This document shows, in pieces, positions 13,781 through 26,870 of a stretch of DNA of 64,000 bases; position 1 is the stretch's first letter, and each line of letters opens with the position of its first letter. Under the pieces are notes generated by a model. The model was not told the origin of the DNA. It did not search any database and was given only the letters and a program-made list of their open reading frames with translations. A program made the position numbers and the translations under genes. Origin of the DNA: the human T2T-CHM13v2.0 reference genome, Homo sapiens; assembly GCF_009914755.1 (NCBI RefSeq), contig NC_060928.1. The stretch is one strand, 5' to 3'.

Positions 13781-14264
13781 AAAGAATGGAATGAAATCAC
13801 CATGCCCATGCAGTCAGCATTTGTACAGGCTGGTGGGCTGGGTTTGCATTGTCTTATTTTGTGCTGGACTGCAGGAGCAGAAGAGGAAGCTGACCACATG
13901 CCTCCATTCTTGGTGCACAGTTGTCATCAGTCTGTGCAAAGCCCTTCCATGCCAAGTATTATTCTATTCTCCCCCTTTATCCCTAGTCTCCTCTTCTCAG
14001 CAGGCACCCACCACAATGTATTTGATATCTGTTCTTAGATATGTGTGGTTATATATGTGGGTGTGTGTGTGTGTGTGTATGTATATCTATCTATAGATAT
14101 ATCCTTGTAAAATACGTAGCACAGTTTGGGGTATGTTTTAAATTTACATAAATGGTAGCATGTTGCAAATCTCATTCAGTTTCTTCACTCTGCACTCTGT
14201 TTTGATGATCCTTCCACGTTGCTGTGTGTACATCTAGCTTGTTAATCTTGTTAATTCTTACTGA

Positions 14265-14568
<304 letters not shown>

Positions 14569-14576
14569 GAATTCTC

Positions 14577-14870
14577 TTTTTCTCTTTTTGAGACAGTCTT
14601 GCTGTGTTGCTCAGGCTGGAGTGCAGTGGCGAAATCTCGGCTCACTGCAACCTCCGCCTCCTGGGTTCAAGTGATTCTTCTGTCTCAGCCTCCTGAGTAG
14701 CTGAGATTACAGGTGTGTGCCACTATGCCTGGATAATTTTTATATTTTTAGTAGAGGCAGGGGTTTCACCTTGTTGGCCAGGCTGGTCTTGAACTCTTGA
14801 CCTCGGGTGATCCGTCCACCTCGGCCTCCCAAAGTGCTAGGATTATAGGCATGAGCCACTGCACCCGGCC
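14577..14870 (-). mobile_element. Alu (S family)
   Basis: Reverse dimer; outer TSD tgatgcata(g/t)aatt at ~14262 and ~14871. Confidence 0.96.
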
Positions 14871-15289
14871 TGATGCATATAATTCTTTGGTATGGGTTAA
14901 CCACATTGTTTTTATCCATTTCTCTCACGCTGGACACCTATGTTACTTATATACCATGTAGCACACATAGCACCACTGTGAACATTTCCACATCATCCCC
15001 TTAAAGACCTCAAAGAGAGTCTCTTGGGAGCTGCTGCCTCATAAGGCAGAGGTACGTGCAGTGTCCTGACTAGATGGCTCTAGGGGTCAGGGCAGAGGAG
15101 ATGGCGGCACAATGTTGGGGAGGGAGAGGCTGGAGAGGGGCCTGCTGAACAGGAGCCATTGTCTGGCTGAGTTGTTTGGTGCTGGTTCCAGATTCTCTCC
15201 TCTGGGGAAGGCACAGTTTTTTCACTGGATCCTATTTTAAGAGCTGTGCATCCCCTTACTTTATAGCCCGCATCATGGTTTGAGTTAAA

Positions 15290-15487
15290 GGTGAAATGAT
15301 TTACTGTTTGACTGTCTGTCTCTCCTCCTAGACCATGAGTTCTCCGAGGGCAAGCACGGTGGCTTTCTCACCCACAGTTTTATTATGCCCCATGTCTGAG
15401 ACAGAGCTAACACAGCAGATGCCCAGCAAACAGCCAGTGGCTTTATAAATCAGTGAGTGAGCTTGAGCTGTGACAAATATGAATGAA
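15290..15487 (+). mobile_element. L2 3' end
   Basis: ctgtctgtctctcctcctagaccatgagttctccgagggcaag...gaatgaa. Confidence 0.65.
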
Positions 15488-15646
15488 GCCTCCAGGGACT
15501 AGGGAGGGAAGAGCAGTGTCCAGGCCACAAAGCTTAAGGAGCCCTCACTCTCTGGTGCCCATCTGCATAGGCAAGACCTGGGAATGAGGGTCTCCCTTGT
15601 CTCATCCCAGCCACAGCTCTGAGCCTCAGACACAACTTTCACCTGC

Positions 15647-15951
15647 TTTTTTTTTTTTTTTTTTTTTTTGAGATGGAGTCTCACTCTATCACCCAGGCTG
15701 GGGTGAAATGGCGTGATCTTGGCTCGCTGCAAACTCCTCCTCCCAGGTTCAAGTGATTCTCCTGCCTCAGCCTCCCAAGTAGCCAGGATTACAGGTACCT
15801 GCCACCATGCCCAGCTAATTTTTGTATTTTCAGTAGAGATGGGGTTTTATCATGTTGGCCAGGCTGGTCTCAAACTCCTGACCTCAGGTGATCTACCAGC
15901 CTCGGCATCCCAAATTGCTGGGATTACAGGCATGAGCCACCACGCCTGACT
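15647..15951 (-). mobile_element. Alu (S family)
   Basis: Poly-T followed by a reverse Alu dimer. Confidence 0.97.
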
Positions 15952-18543
15952 TAGGAAAGCTTTTAACCACAAGTTTAGCATCTAACCTGGTGCCTTCCTC
16001 TTCCCTCTCTCTTCTTTCCTCTCTCTTTCATTGAGCATCAATTATGTGATAACCCTGTGGTAGCATGTGGGCTTCCGAAACTCTCAAGAATCACTGTCCG
16101 GTGGGGGAGGGGGTTGTGAAAATAAGTCATTGCGATGCGTAAAGAAGAGTTTTTTTTTTAATGACAATGTCGTCACCTGGGACACTGGAGGCAGAGAAGA
16201 AGTGCTGGTTAACTCGGGCAGCATTGAGGAGGGGGACTCTTGGGGCTGAATTCTGTCAGGAGGGCAGCGGTGAAGAGCCATCTGAGCCAGGGCCACCATG
16301 TGGAGGTCTGAGTGAGGACAGCACAGTGCCTTCAGGTGGCGCGAGGGTCCTGAGTTTCTGGAGCAGGAGGCTGAGGCCCAGAGGCTGGGTGGTGATGGGC
16401 TGGGGCGCAGGGAGGTGAGGCTGCAGGGGGAAGGGAGGGAGGCAGAGCATATCCTGGGGGCAATAATTCATCAAAGAACAGAGGGGGAAAGAACACATTT
16501 GCACTTGAGAAGATCCTCTGGAGGTTTCTGGTGAGGAAAGACTCTGAGGGCAGGCAGGGATTGTGAGGCTATGACGTTGGTAGAGGTGACAGAAGCTGAA
16601 GCTCTGTCCCCGGCAGCTGTGGTGAAGGGAGATGGGCAGCAGGAGCAGAGGGAGGAGGCGTGGCCCTGGGCACCTGGGGCCATCTGAGTGGAGACGGGGT
16701 GGGCAGCCTTGGAAGCCCAGGGTCACTGCTTCACACACATTCATGGAAAGCTATAGAAATGTGTAGCCCTGGGTGTCCAGAGAACTGAGGATCTGCAGTC
16801 CCAGTGAATAGGGTGTCACCGGGGCAAAGAGTGAGAGAGCCCTTCTGAGCCAGAGAAGTGCCTCCCCTGTGGAATAGGGGTCCCCAGTCTCGTAAAGCAA
16901 GCAACCATCAGCAAGTTGTTTTCCAAAAAGGAGAAAAGGCCACGGGGCCGACTGTCAGCCTTGCCTGGAAGACGGAAGACATGTCCTGCCCACTTAGACC
17001 CTGGGAAAGGTTATCCAGGTTGCATGGCTGTCCCCATCCTCAGGACAGAGAGGATGTGGCCCAGCCAGGGGGCAGGCGCAGCTGTCTGGCAGAGCACTTC
17101 CATGGGACACCCACACATGGGGAGGATGGCTTCGCTTTGTTCTTGTGCTCACCGGCCATGACAGGGGAGCCTCTTCTTTCCCCTCTCCTGAAATGGAAAC
17201 CTAAACGCAGCCTCTGAAATTAGTAGGGCCATCTTGACTACACCATACTGAGGAAGCCGCATTACCTGAGGGAGAAATAATTATCTTTCTGCTTACTTCA
17301 ACGTTGACTTTGCTGAAGAGAAATTTTCTTCTCCTCTCCACCCATTCACCAAACTGGACTTTCAGGCTCTGCTGCTCTCTGGGAAAGTGTTCGGGGTTAC
17401 CAGTGCCTCAGGTCTCTCTTCTCCTCCTCCTCCCACGGGCCCCCTACCCCCAACAGCTCGGTTTGTTTGTTTGTTTCCTCTGAATCCCTCTTTTGTCCCC
17501 TGACCTCAGATCCATGGCCAGGTGGCCAAGTTGAACGCAGGTGCAGCCTCGGCAGTCCTCCTTCCCCTAGGCAGTGCTGCCAGGCTCTCTCCAAGGGCCC
17601 TGGAATCTGTCCTCAGCACAGCCTTGTCTGAGCAGGAAAACCCCAGGCTACAGCCAGCTTCCTGGCAGAAGTGAGCTCCCTATGCTTAGAAATGATGCCA
17701 AAAATTGGCCTCTGAGGCCGTTTCAACGCTGGCCATACTTGCTTCCTTCCTGGGCCCCTCTGGCAGCTCCGTGCCCTTCCGGAAGGAGGGCCACTTTCTC
17801 TACCCTCCTGTGGGAACAGAAATTGGGGGGATTTTTCAGCCCAGCTTGGTTAGAGTGACACATAGCTGTGGACGTCTGGTTAGGGACATGTCAAAACCGC
17901 TGGGAAGCTTATGTTTTTTAAATAAAAATAGAACAAATTCAGTTGGTGTTTCCAGAAAGTTCACCCTGTGGCACTCTGGTGACCTCCCTTCCTTCCTGGC
18001 CTCCTTCAGCCCTTCCTTCTGTCCTCCCTCACTTCCTACCCTACCTGGGCTGCAGGAAGACCCCCTAGGAGGCTCAGTGGGGTACAAATCCTAGCGAAAG
18101 CTGCCCAGGAGGATTCGGATACAGCACAAAGCTTGGGAAGCTCCACCTTATCACATGTTGCTAGTGCACTGCCTGCTGTGGCGGGAGGCCGTGTCATTTA
18201 GATGAAAAATCTGGGCCTGAGTCTCTGGAGAGAAAAGGCCTGGGAAAGTGGGTAGGAAAAAAGAAGGCGGTTGTCTGGGACTGGTGGGGCAATTTGTGTC
18301 CATGAAACCCAGTGAACTATTTGTCCCTTCGGTCAATAAAACATTTGACCTCATTCCTGCAGGGTCTAAAAGTTTGAAGCCTAGACTTTCTTCCACATCT
18401 TTGAATTAGACCATTTTGCTATGATTTAAGCCAGAGTTTTGAATTCCTGGGTCTACCTACAGCCCAGGTAAAATAGGAAGAGAGAGAATATAGAGGGAGT
18501 GAGAGAGGATGTGGGGACAGCAGTTATTTTGGATTCTCAAATA

Positions 18544-18834
18544 TTATTTATTTTGTGAGATGGGGTCTTGCTCTCTTGCCCAGGCTGGAGTGCAGTGGTT
18601 GATCATGGCTCACTGCAGCCTCAACCTCCCTGGGCTCAGGTAATCCTTCCACCTCAGCCTCCCCAGTAGCTGGGACTACTGGTGTACACCACCACGCCCA
18701 GCTAATTTTCATATTTTTTGTAGAGATAAGGTTTCGTCATGTTGCCCAGGCTGGTCCTGAACGCCTTAGCTCAAGCAATTCACCCGCCTCAGCCTCCCAC
18801 AGTGGTGGGTTTACAGATGTGAGCCACCGTGCCC
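18544..18834 (-). mobile_element. AluJ
   Basis: gatcatggctcactgcagcctcaacctcc and ctcaagcaatt are J-type features. Confidence 0.95.
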
Positions 18835-19424
18835 TGTAAGAATTCATTTTTAAGAAATTGTTTATAGTGGTTTTTATTTCAAACATTTATGCTATAAAAA
18901 AGTGCAGTGTACAAAGTAAGAGCCACCCTCCCTGAATATGACAGCCCCAAACCAAGTCCTCCCCTCAGGACACCCACTCTCAAGCGGTGCATCCCTGAGG
19001 CCCTTTCCTCTGCACCGATGCTCGGACTCTCCGTGTGTGCCATTTTGCAGTGGGGTCACGCTCCACGTGTTGTTCTGCCACTGCCTTTGGTTTCTCGACA
19101 CTGCCTCGTGGACACGCAGGGAGAGCTTGCAGCTGGTGACAAGCTCTCCAGCAGGTGAGTAATCCAGCAGCTCTTTCTGCCTCGAGGTGAGTGAGGTAAC
19201 CTCTCTGGGTGCCAAAGGCAGGAGCGAAGAGAGTGATTCACAGAGCTGTTCTCCTTATTTGTCCAATTGGGACCAGCCTGGTTCACTGAAGTAAGAGTCC
19301 AGGAAAGATGAGCGTTTTTATTTACCTGAGTGAGTCTCTGGTTTAGTGTTTCTTCTTAAACACTGAGTTCACAGGGCTCTTAAAGCAGACCGGAGTCGCA
19401 GAAAAGGGCACTGGACAGAGTCAG

Positions 19425-19625
19425 TCCACAAGTATCTGCTGAGGTCCTACTATGCGTCAGACACTGTTCAGGCACAGGGTTGTGCTGAAGACGAGAGCAA
19501 CAACATCCCAAAGCTCTGTCATGTTGGTGGATGTGTCATGCTGGTGGATGTGTCATGCTGGTGGGGGAAAGACAGAGAAGAGTCAGGTAAACATGTAAGT
19601 ACCTTTAGACACTGGTCACTGCTTA
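19425..19625 (-). mobile_element. L2 remnant
   Basis: caagtatctgctgaggtcctactatgcgtcagacactgttcaggcac. Confidence 0.55.
19517..19564. repeat. Tandem repeat, ~2.8 x 17 bp (tgtcatgctggtggatg)
   Basis: Directly visible. Confidence 0.9.
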
Positions 19626-21894
19626 CAGAAAATACAGTCGGGTGAGCTCATGGTCCCTTGAAGGGCAGACAGAATCAGCAGACTTGGGGTCCAGCTTCCA
19701 TCCAGCAAGAACTGTGTGACATGGAACACGACGCTCCCCTCTCCTGGATTTCACTTTCCTCAGCTGCACAAAGACAGCGCTGGACCCAGTCACCTGGTGC
19801 CACCTTCTAGCCATAGAAAAAGCACACAGGAGGTGCAGACACAATGTTCTGTGACTATTTCTTCCCAGAGTTCCTGTTCTACGGTTGCAGCCTCTAGGAA
19901 GGGAGATATTGATTAAAAGTCCTTCAACCAAAGGCCAAAGCTCTAGAGAACACAGAACAGCAGGAAGAGGAACCCAGCCTTGAGACCAATATATTTTATA
20001 TAAATTCAAAGCAACTTTGTGCTCTCTGGACCTTTGCTGCCAGCCCAAGTGAGAGGAAAGTCAGATGATTCTCCAGGTTTGGGAAGCTAGGCTCCCACGG
20101 CCAGAAACTGCCGGGCAAGGCAGAGGCCCGAGACCTGGGGAGGAAGGTGGAGGGAGGCGGCGCTGGAGGAGAGGATGGCAGGAGCTTCCTAGGCCCTTGG
20201 GAACCAGGGTCTGCCACAACCCCCGTCAGCTGAACAGGCTCCCCTTCCACGTGTGACCTCCCAGCTCCACCACATTAATCCCTCATGGCACGGCCCCGCC
20301 ACAAACAGGGCCAGCAGATCTCGTTTGCTGAACACTCCCAGGACCAACCCGAAAGGGGACCTGAGTTCAGGCACCACCAAGAAAATCCTGCTTTGCAAAC
20401 AGGACCAGTTTAGCCCTGGAGAACCAGAGGTGGCAGGAAGGAGTGGAGAGGATCTCCGCCTTCCCCTCCCTCAAAGGAAAGTGACTCCTACAATTTCTTT
20501 CTTTTTTTAAATTCACAGGTTCACGTGCCATTTAGAAAGTGGGTTCAGTGCCTGGGGACTTGACCCTGAGCATTATGGACTCCAACAGCGGTAGGATTGT
20601 GAAGTTTAATCAATGATGAGATTTTCCCACCTCAGCCTGACAGGAATGACACTCAGCTGAGAAGATGGCAGTGGTGTTTTTCCTTTAGGGGAAGAAAGGA
20701 GGGCCCCCGGAAACCGTCTGTCCTATCTGATTCATGCTCATTCATAATGCAGCAGGCTTAGGAGCCGCAAATAACATACTAGTGCAAGAAGGCAAGCCAG
20801 TCAGGCAGTCTCATATATCACTGCTCCATCTGTCACACTGACACAAGGATTCAAGCTACTGAGGCCTGTGGCTCTTCACAGGGAGTTGAGATGGCAAGAA
20901 GCAGAGGCAACTTGGGGGAGATGCCCATTTTAGGGTTTTGATGAAAGCGGAGTGAAATAATGCTCAGTATAATAGTCAGACACAGTAAGACTGAGTGCCA
21001 ACCATGTGACAGGCACTGTGACAGGCTCAAGGAATCAAATATCAGATCAAATAAGACGCTGGCATGGGTGGACCTCAAGGACGCATTTACCTGGGAAGGC
21101 CCCTGGCAGGTGCTCAGTGCCAAGTACAAAGTGCAATAAACGCAACTTAAAGTCCTGACGTTCCCAGATCTAGGATGACCCAGGAGTCCAATGGGAAAGT
21201 CCGAAGGGCAGCCACAAGCCAGCAAGGGACCGCTTCCTTTTTCTCCTCTCCACAGCCCAAGGAAACACTCCCTTGGAATCGTAGAAAGGACTAAAGATTT
21301 CTCCATTTTACAACCAACAGACATTAAGCAATATGAAAGAAATGCTTCCCTGGACTTAAAGTAAGGACTGGAGATGTGCTGATTTTGTACCTAAAATAGA
21401 TGGAGATTCCTGGGAAATTTTGGCCTGAGATCCTGAACCATCTGGCCATGCCCTAAGCCTTTGCCTTTGCTGGCAGCAAATACGTTCCAAGCTCCTCTAA
21501 AAATTTGTCAGCCAAGCATTGATACATTTACAGGGAGAGTGAGAAAAAATATTACTGAGTTTGGGAGACTAAGGCCTTAACTCTGACTTTGAAAGTCTCA
21601 CTAGGATTTCTTATGGGCCTTGGGGCTTGGTTTATTTTCAAAGGCGACCACTTCAAGCTGCACCCAGAGAGAAGCTCAGGTCGCACAGCGCCGAGTTTCT
21701 GAGAAGGTTACTAACAGCCGTCCTTAAAATGTACCACCTTCCCTGCCTCTTCCCTCCTTGGGAGGAGCTGTATAAAATGAGGAGCCGTGGCCCTAGGGGA
21801 GCTGGAGAATGTTCCTGAGAGATTATAGATCTGGAGGTCTGCACGCATTTGCGGAAGCTCAACTCCATCTCTTTCCCATCCTTCTGTTTTGAAG

Positions 21895-22060
21895 AGCCAG
21901 GTCCTTCCGCGTGGTCCTCAACAGGGTGATGGGGGTGGGCGATGTGTCAGAACAACCTGGAGAGATTTTAAAAAATAGATTTGCCACCTCCACCACCTCT
22001 TCCAGTTCTCTGGGGATGAGGGGATGGGGGAGAGTGGGATATTTGGAGAAGTGTTCCTGG
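21895..22060. mobile_element. MER5-like hAT fragment (degenerate)
   Basis: gtggtcctcaac...tcagaacaacctggagagattttaaaaaatagat. Confidence 0.4.
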
Positions 22061-22112
22061 GAGGCCTCATTGACTGGCCTGATGGCTTACCACCACCCCT
22101 GACCCCACAAAC

Positions 22113-22157
22113 TTTTTGTTAGTTCTTATGTTAGTTCTTTTTGTTAGTTCTTATGTT
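22113..22157. repeat. Short tandem repeat (tgttagttctt core, ~3.5 units)
   Basis: ttttgttagttcttatgttagttctttttgttagttcttatgtt. Confidence 0.85.
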
Positions 22158-22159
22158 TC

Positions 22160-22290
22160 AGAGAACGGGCTCCGGAGTTTGCAAGATGTGGATTTGAATC
22201 CCAGATCCACCACTTGCTTTTTGCTCATTTTCTCACCTCCCCAGGAGGGTCGGGACGATCATGAGATAATGCAATATGTCCGGTAGGTAA
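22160..22290 (+). mobile_element. MIR fragment
   Basis: ggatttgaatcccagatccaccacttgct...gagataatgc. Confidence 0.5.
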
Positions 22291-23424
22291 AGCCCCCAAT
22301 ACAAGCCGTCCTCTTCTTTCCCTCAGGCACGTGGGCCAGGACAACAAAGAGAATTGTCTGCTGGCAAAGGCAGCTGTGGCAGAGTCTGCTACGATGGCCA
22401 CCCCCAGGAGCTCTCTCTGCCATGGCCAGGGAGTACTGGGGCAGTCCCAGAAGGCAAAACCAGTGAGAGGGGCTAGGACCCCATGGCTGCCTAGGGGACT
22501 CCTCAGGAAAAACCAAAGCTGGAGTGGCCCTGAGGAAGCTCTGGAGTGACTGAGGACCTAGTGATTTTGGGGACATGGGGCTTTCCATGCTCAAGACAGG
22601 ACAGTCTGGGGCAAACCCCACATATCAGCCACTCCAGCAGCTTTCGTCTTCCTGGGGGTAGCTGGGGCATGCTGCTTAAGGACGGTCACTCCTAGAACAG
22701 CGTCTAGGATGAAGAAATACGGCTCATGAGGACATTTAAAACAACAAACCTGATCTCACTGCCACCGGGGCCACAGAACCCCACATGGGTGGATGGGGCA
22801 GGCTGAGGCCTCTCAGTGGGGTGCTGGAAAGCTGGGAGGCAGATCAGGGGCCTGCTCTGGGGGACTTCTTTTCTTTCTGTTTCCTCCTTTTTTCATTCAA
22901 ATCTCCACCTTCAAGGGAGGGGGCCTTGGACAGCTGTACCCTCATGAAAGTAAAGAGTAGCTCTTTCCGGTCTGCCACCAGGAAGCAAAGGATTAGGGGA
23001 CCCCACACAGCTTCCTTTGGGGGCTGGTGGGAACAGCCAGCACTCTTTTGGGCTGAGTCACATGGAGGTCCCGTGCGTCCTCCCCTTTTCCTGCCTGAGC
23101 CATGATTTGCCCGTGGCCAATGTGTGGCCTGTGGAATTGGCACTGGGCAAGCCTGCGGCTGGGTCCCAAGGCTCCTGCTCTAGGCAGGCATCTGCTCTCT
23201 TGCCTGGCTTTCCTGCTTGTTCTCTTCTCCCTGGCCTCTTCAACCTCTGATAAATAAGTCCCTTTCTCCTCCACTCTTTACCCCACTTTCATTTCTTTCT
23301 CTTCCATCTCCGTGTCCTGAGGAATAAAGGAGGGCCTAGGCAGCTCCCTGGCCCCATGCCTTCTCCCTGCCCAAGAAGTTCTTAAATGTTTAAGGGAAAG
23401 ATGGTTTTTCACAAAGGAAATGTT

Positions 23425-23525
23425 CACTCCTCCACTGGACTGTGAGTTCCACGAGGTCAGGGACTGTGTTTTCCCTGCCCCTTGCTGTCTCCTGGTATTG
23501 GGCATGTAAACATGTGTTCATGGAT
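23425..23525 (+). mobile_element. L2 3' end
   Basis: ccactggactgtgagttccacgaggtcagggactgtgt. Confidence 0.65.
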
Positions 23526-23934
23526 TATACAAATAAAAAAGAAGACTGCTTTTAACAAGGGTGGCCTCTGAGGACAAGTGACATAGAGAGAGAAGGAGAA
23601 GATGTTAAAACTTTTTATTTATTTACAATTTCCTTCTCTTAAAAATGTTGACTTTGGTCAGGCCTTCTGGCCAAGTGGAATGTAGCCTGAGGTCATTGTC
23701 AGGGTCTTCTCAAGAGATGGATGTTGCAGGAGGGGCTGCTTCACCTCCAGTTCCCATGGGAGCTCCACTTATACAGGGAGAGAAATCAGGGAAATGAGAA
23801 GCAAGGAAGTGGGAGGAAGGTGCACATTTAGATGAATTTTCTCTATCACTCCATCTAGCCAGCATGTAAGCTTTGTCTGTCCTGGTTCAGAAAAGCTGGT
23901 TTCTCTCCAGAATCCAGAGGAGGGAAGGAAGGAG

Positions 23935-24140
23935 CTAATTTTATTCAGCATCTACTGTGTGTCATGCACATCACATAATTTATATCACTGATTCATAAGA
24001 ATCTAGTTTGATTGTGATCCTTATTAAACAGATGAAGTTCAATAATTCACCTAAAGTCATGCCCACGAGAGGGAAACCCGGGATTTAAACTGACCTTCCT
24101 ACGCTTAAGCCTGTCACCCTCCTTCCATTATGTTATGCTA
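23935..24140 (-). mobile_element. MIR
   Basis: ttattcagcatctactgtgtg...acagatgaag...taattcacctaaagtcat...ggatttaaac. Confidence 0.6.
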
Positions 24141-24215
24141 CCTGTGGTTACAAATATAAAGAAAAAATCAGTTGCCAGAGTAGAAGAGGGTAAGGGGGAA
24201 GCATCCTCTAAAAGT

Positions 24216-24811
<596 letters not shown>

Positions 24812-25603
24812 GTTAGAATCATGTTTGTAAATATTAAGGACTTGCATTCAGCTTTGGGCTCAAGGCCAGCTTGTAAAATTTTAGAGTGGCTCCCACTGTA
24901 CATTTTGAACCCAGCTATCCCTCCTGCGGCTAAATCGATATTCCATGATGGAGTCATCAGCTGTCTATTGATTTAAACTCTTCAAACTTACTTATAATAT
25001 CATCAACCTGTATTCTATCCTGGGCTAATGAATTCTTTTTCACCTGTTTAAAAAGTAGTACTTGCTTTTACCTGTTCTGTAGCTACTTTCTCCAAGTCTC
25101 AAGGAAATACTTGTTAGCTCAAGTATTCCAAAATGTTTTCCTTGTCTGAGATGTGCATGATGTCTTACATTTGAAGCATATTTTCTCTTCGACCTCCACC
25201 TTCCAGAACTGAGGTTCCCTCCTTCTTGTCTGGCCTAGTTGATTCTCTGGGCTCATCTAAATGTCACCCCCTAGTCCCCTTCAATGTGGCTCTTTGTGCC
25301 AATAATATCTCAGGACAGCCTCCCTACCGTGGTATTTAAGTGAACCTCTGGGTAATAAGATGCTCATGTCAAATTCGGTGATTTGTTGAGGGCCAGCTGG
25401 GCATTCACTTTTAATAAAAAGCCTTCTATTCCTCCTCTGTTCCTTGAGATAATCAGAAGAGAGAGCTCCAGCAGGGCCATTCTTCCCCAAGAAAGCCTTG
25501 AGCACTTCCCCCAGAGTGTGTGGGGAGGAGGAGGAAGGCCACACCCAGGCACTTATGTCAGTGGGAGCCAGTGAGGCTCTTAGCTGCATCAGCCCCAGAG
25601 ACT

Positions 25604-25657
25604 GGTGCCAAATTCATGCTCCAGACAAAAGGTGTCAAATTCATGCTCCAGACAAAA
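25604..25657. repeat. Tandem duplication, 2 x 27 bp (ggtgYcaaattcatgctccagacaaaa)
   Basis: One mismatch between copies. Confidence 0.95.
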
Positions 25658-26132
25658 GACGAATTCCTACCTGTCCCAGAGCTCTACTTCCCCTTGAATA
25701 TTGGAAACTGTGATGGTGCAGGGTCTGCTGAATATTGAGAGAAGTGATCTCTCTTCTGCTTACTCTGGAGCAGGTCCTATGATGGACAGCCTCCTCCCAA
25801 CACCCAGGGAGAGAACAAGCCAGTGTGGAGTGATTCTGTTTCTCCTCTGGGCGGGGACTTGGACTGCCCATCACTGAGCCCTTGGAGTCACCGCTCACCT
25901 CAGCCGGCCCCCATTCTGCCCCGTCAGGGCTGAGACCCAATGCTTCATAGGCAATGCTTTCATGGGCATCCCAGGGGGGTGGCTGACTTTCCAGTGACAC
26001 CTGAGTTTGGGGAAGGTTCAGAAGGACAAGCTTGTCTTTCTAGCCTGGGAGTGTGTGTTCTGGTTTCCCCTGAGCTATATCATTAATCTCTTTCCAATTC
26101 CATCAAGGCTAAATTAACGTGGGAATTCCTCG

Positions 26133-26530
26133 TGTTATGGGTTGAATTGTGTCCCCCTCCTCCCTATGTTGAAATCTTTATCCCAGTACTTCAGAATGTG
26201 ACCTTATTTGGAAATAGGGTCACTGCAGACGCAATTAGTTAAGGTCATTCTGGAACAAGGTGGGCCCCTGATCCCATATGACTGGTGTCCTTATGAAGGA
26301 GGAAGTTAGGACACAGGCACACACAGGGAGAACGCCACATGAAGATAGAGGCAGAGATCGGGACGGCGCTTTTACAAACCGAGGGATGCTGAAGATTGCC
26401 GGCAGCCTCCAGAAGCTGGGAGAGAGGCCTCAGGAGGAACCAGAGTCCGGAACTGGGGGACAATACACTTCTGTTGTTTAAGCCACTGGTTTATGCCACT
26501 TTATTACGGCGACCCTAGCAAACTAATACA
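26133..26530 (+). mobile_element. MaLR solo LTR, MLT1B/C-like
   Basis: tgttatgggttgaattgtgtcccc...ccctagcaaactaataca termini. Confidence 0.9.
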
Positions 26531-26534
26531 CCTG

Positions 26535-26688
26535 TGCCAAACATTTTCTCAACTTCAGAACTTCTCAGAGCCTTTACTAGAAACAATCTGTGTGCGATGA
26601 TTTCCATATTTGACCAAAGGATACTTTTTTTTTTACACTGGGCATCTGGCAGGGATTTCTTTACAGGAACACACCCTGGGAAACACTG
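26535..26688. mobile_element. hAT-Charlie4-like fragment
   Basis: acttctcagagccttta, tatttgaccaaagg and terminal ggaacacaccctgggaaacactg. Confidence 0.6.
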
Positions 26689-26870
26689 TTGTAGCTTCAT
26701 CAGGATCTACCCATTAGAAAGAGAAGATACTGTTTCAAAACCACAGCCTGAGACTTGTGTCGTGTGTCCTAGCACCCAAATCACTCAATGTTTCTGTGCC
26801 TCAGTTTCCACATCTGTGTAGCCAAAGTAGGTGGTCTACTCAGCGCCCGCCCTGGGTGTGATGCATTACA
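26661..26870 (+). repeat. Local duplication copy (Charlie end plus MIR-derived segment), paralogous to ~28990-29225
   Basis: Shared tacccattagaaagagaag...gcctcagtttccacatctg...gtgatgcattaca. Confidence 0.88.

Noticed and set aside
21765-21780. TATAAAA as a promoter
   Set aside because: Isolated motif without convincing supporting elements; expected by chance in 64 kb.
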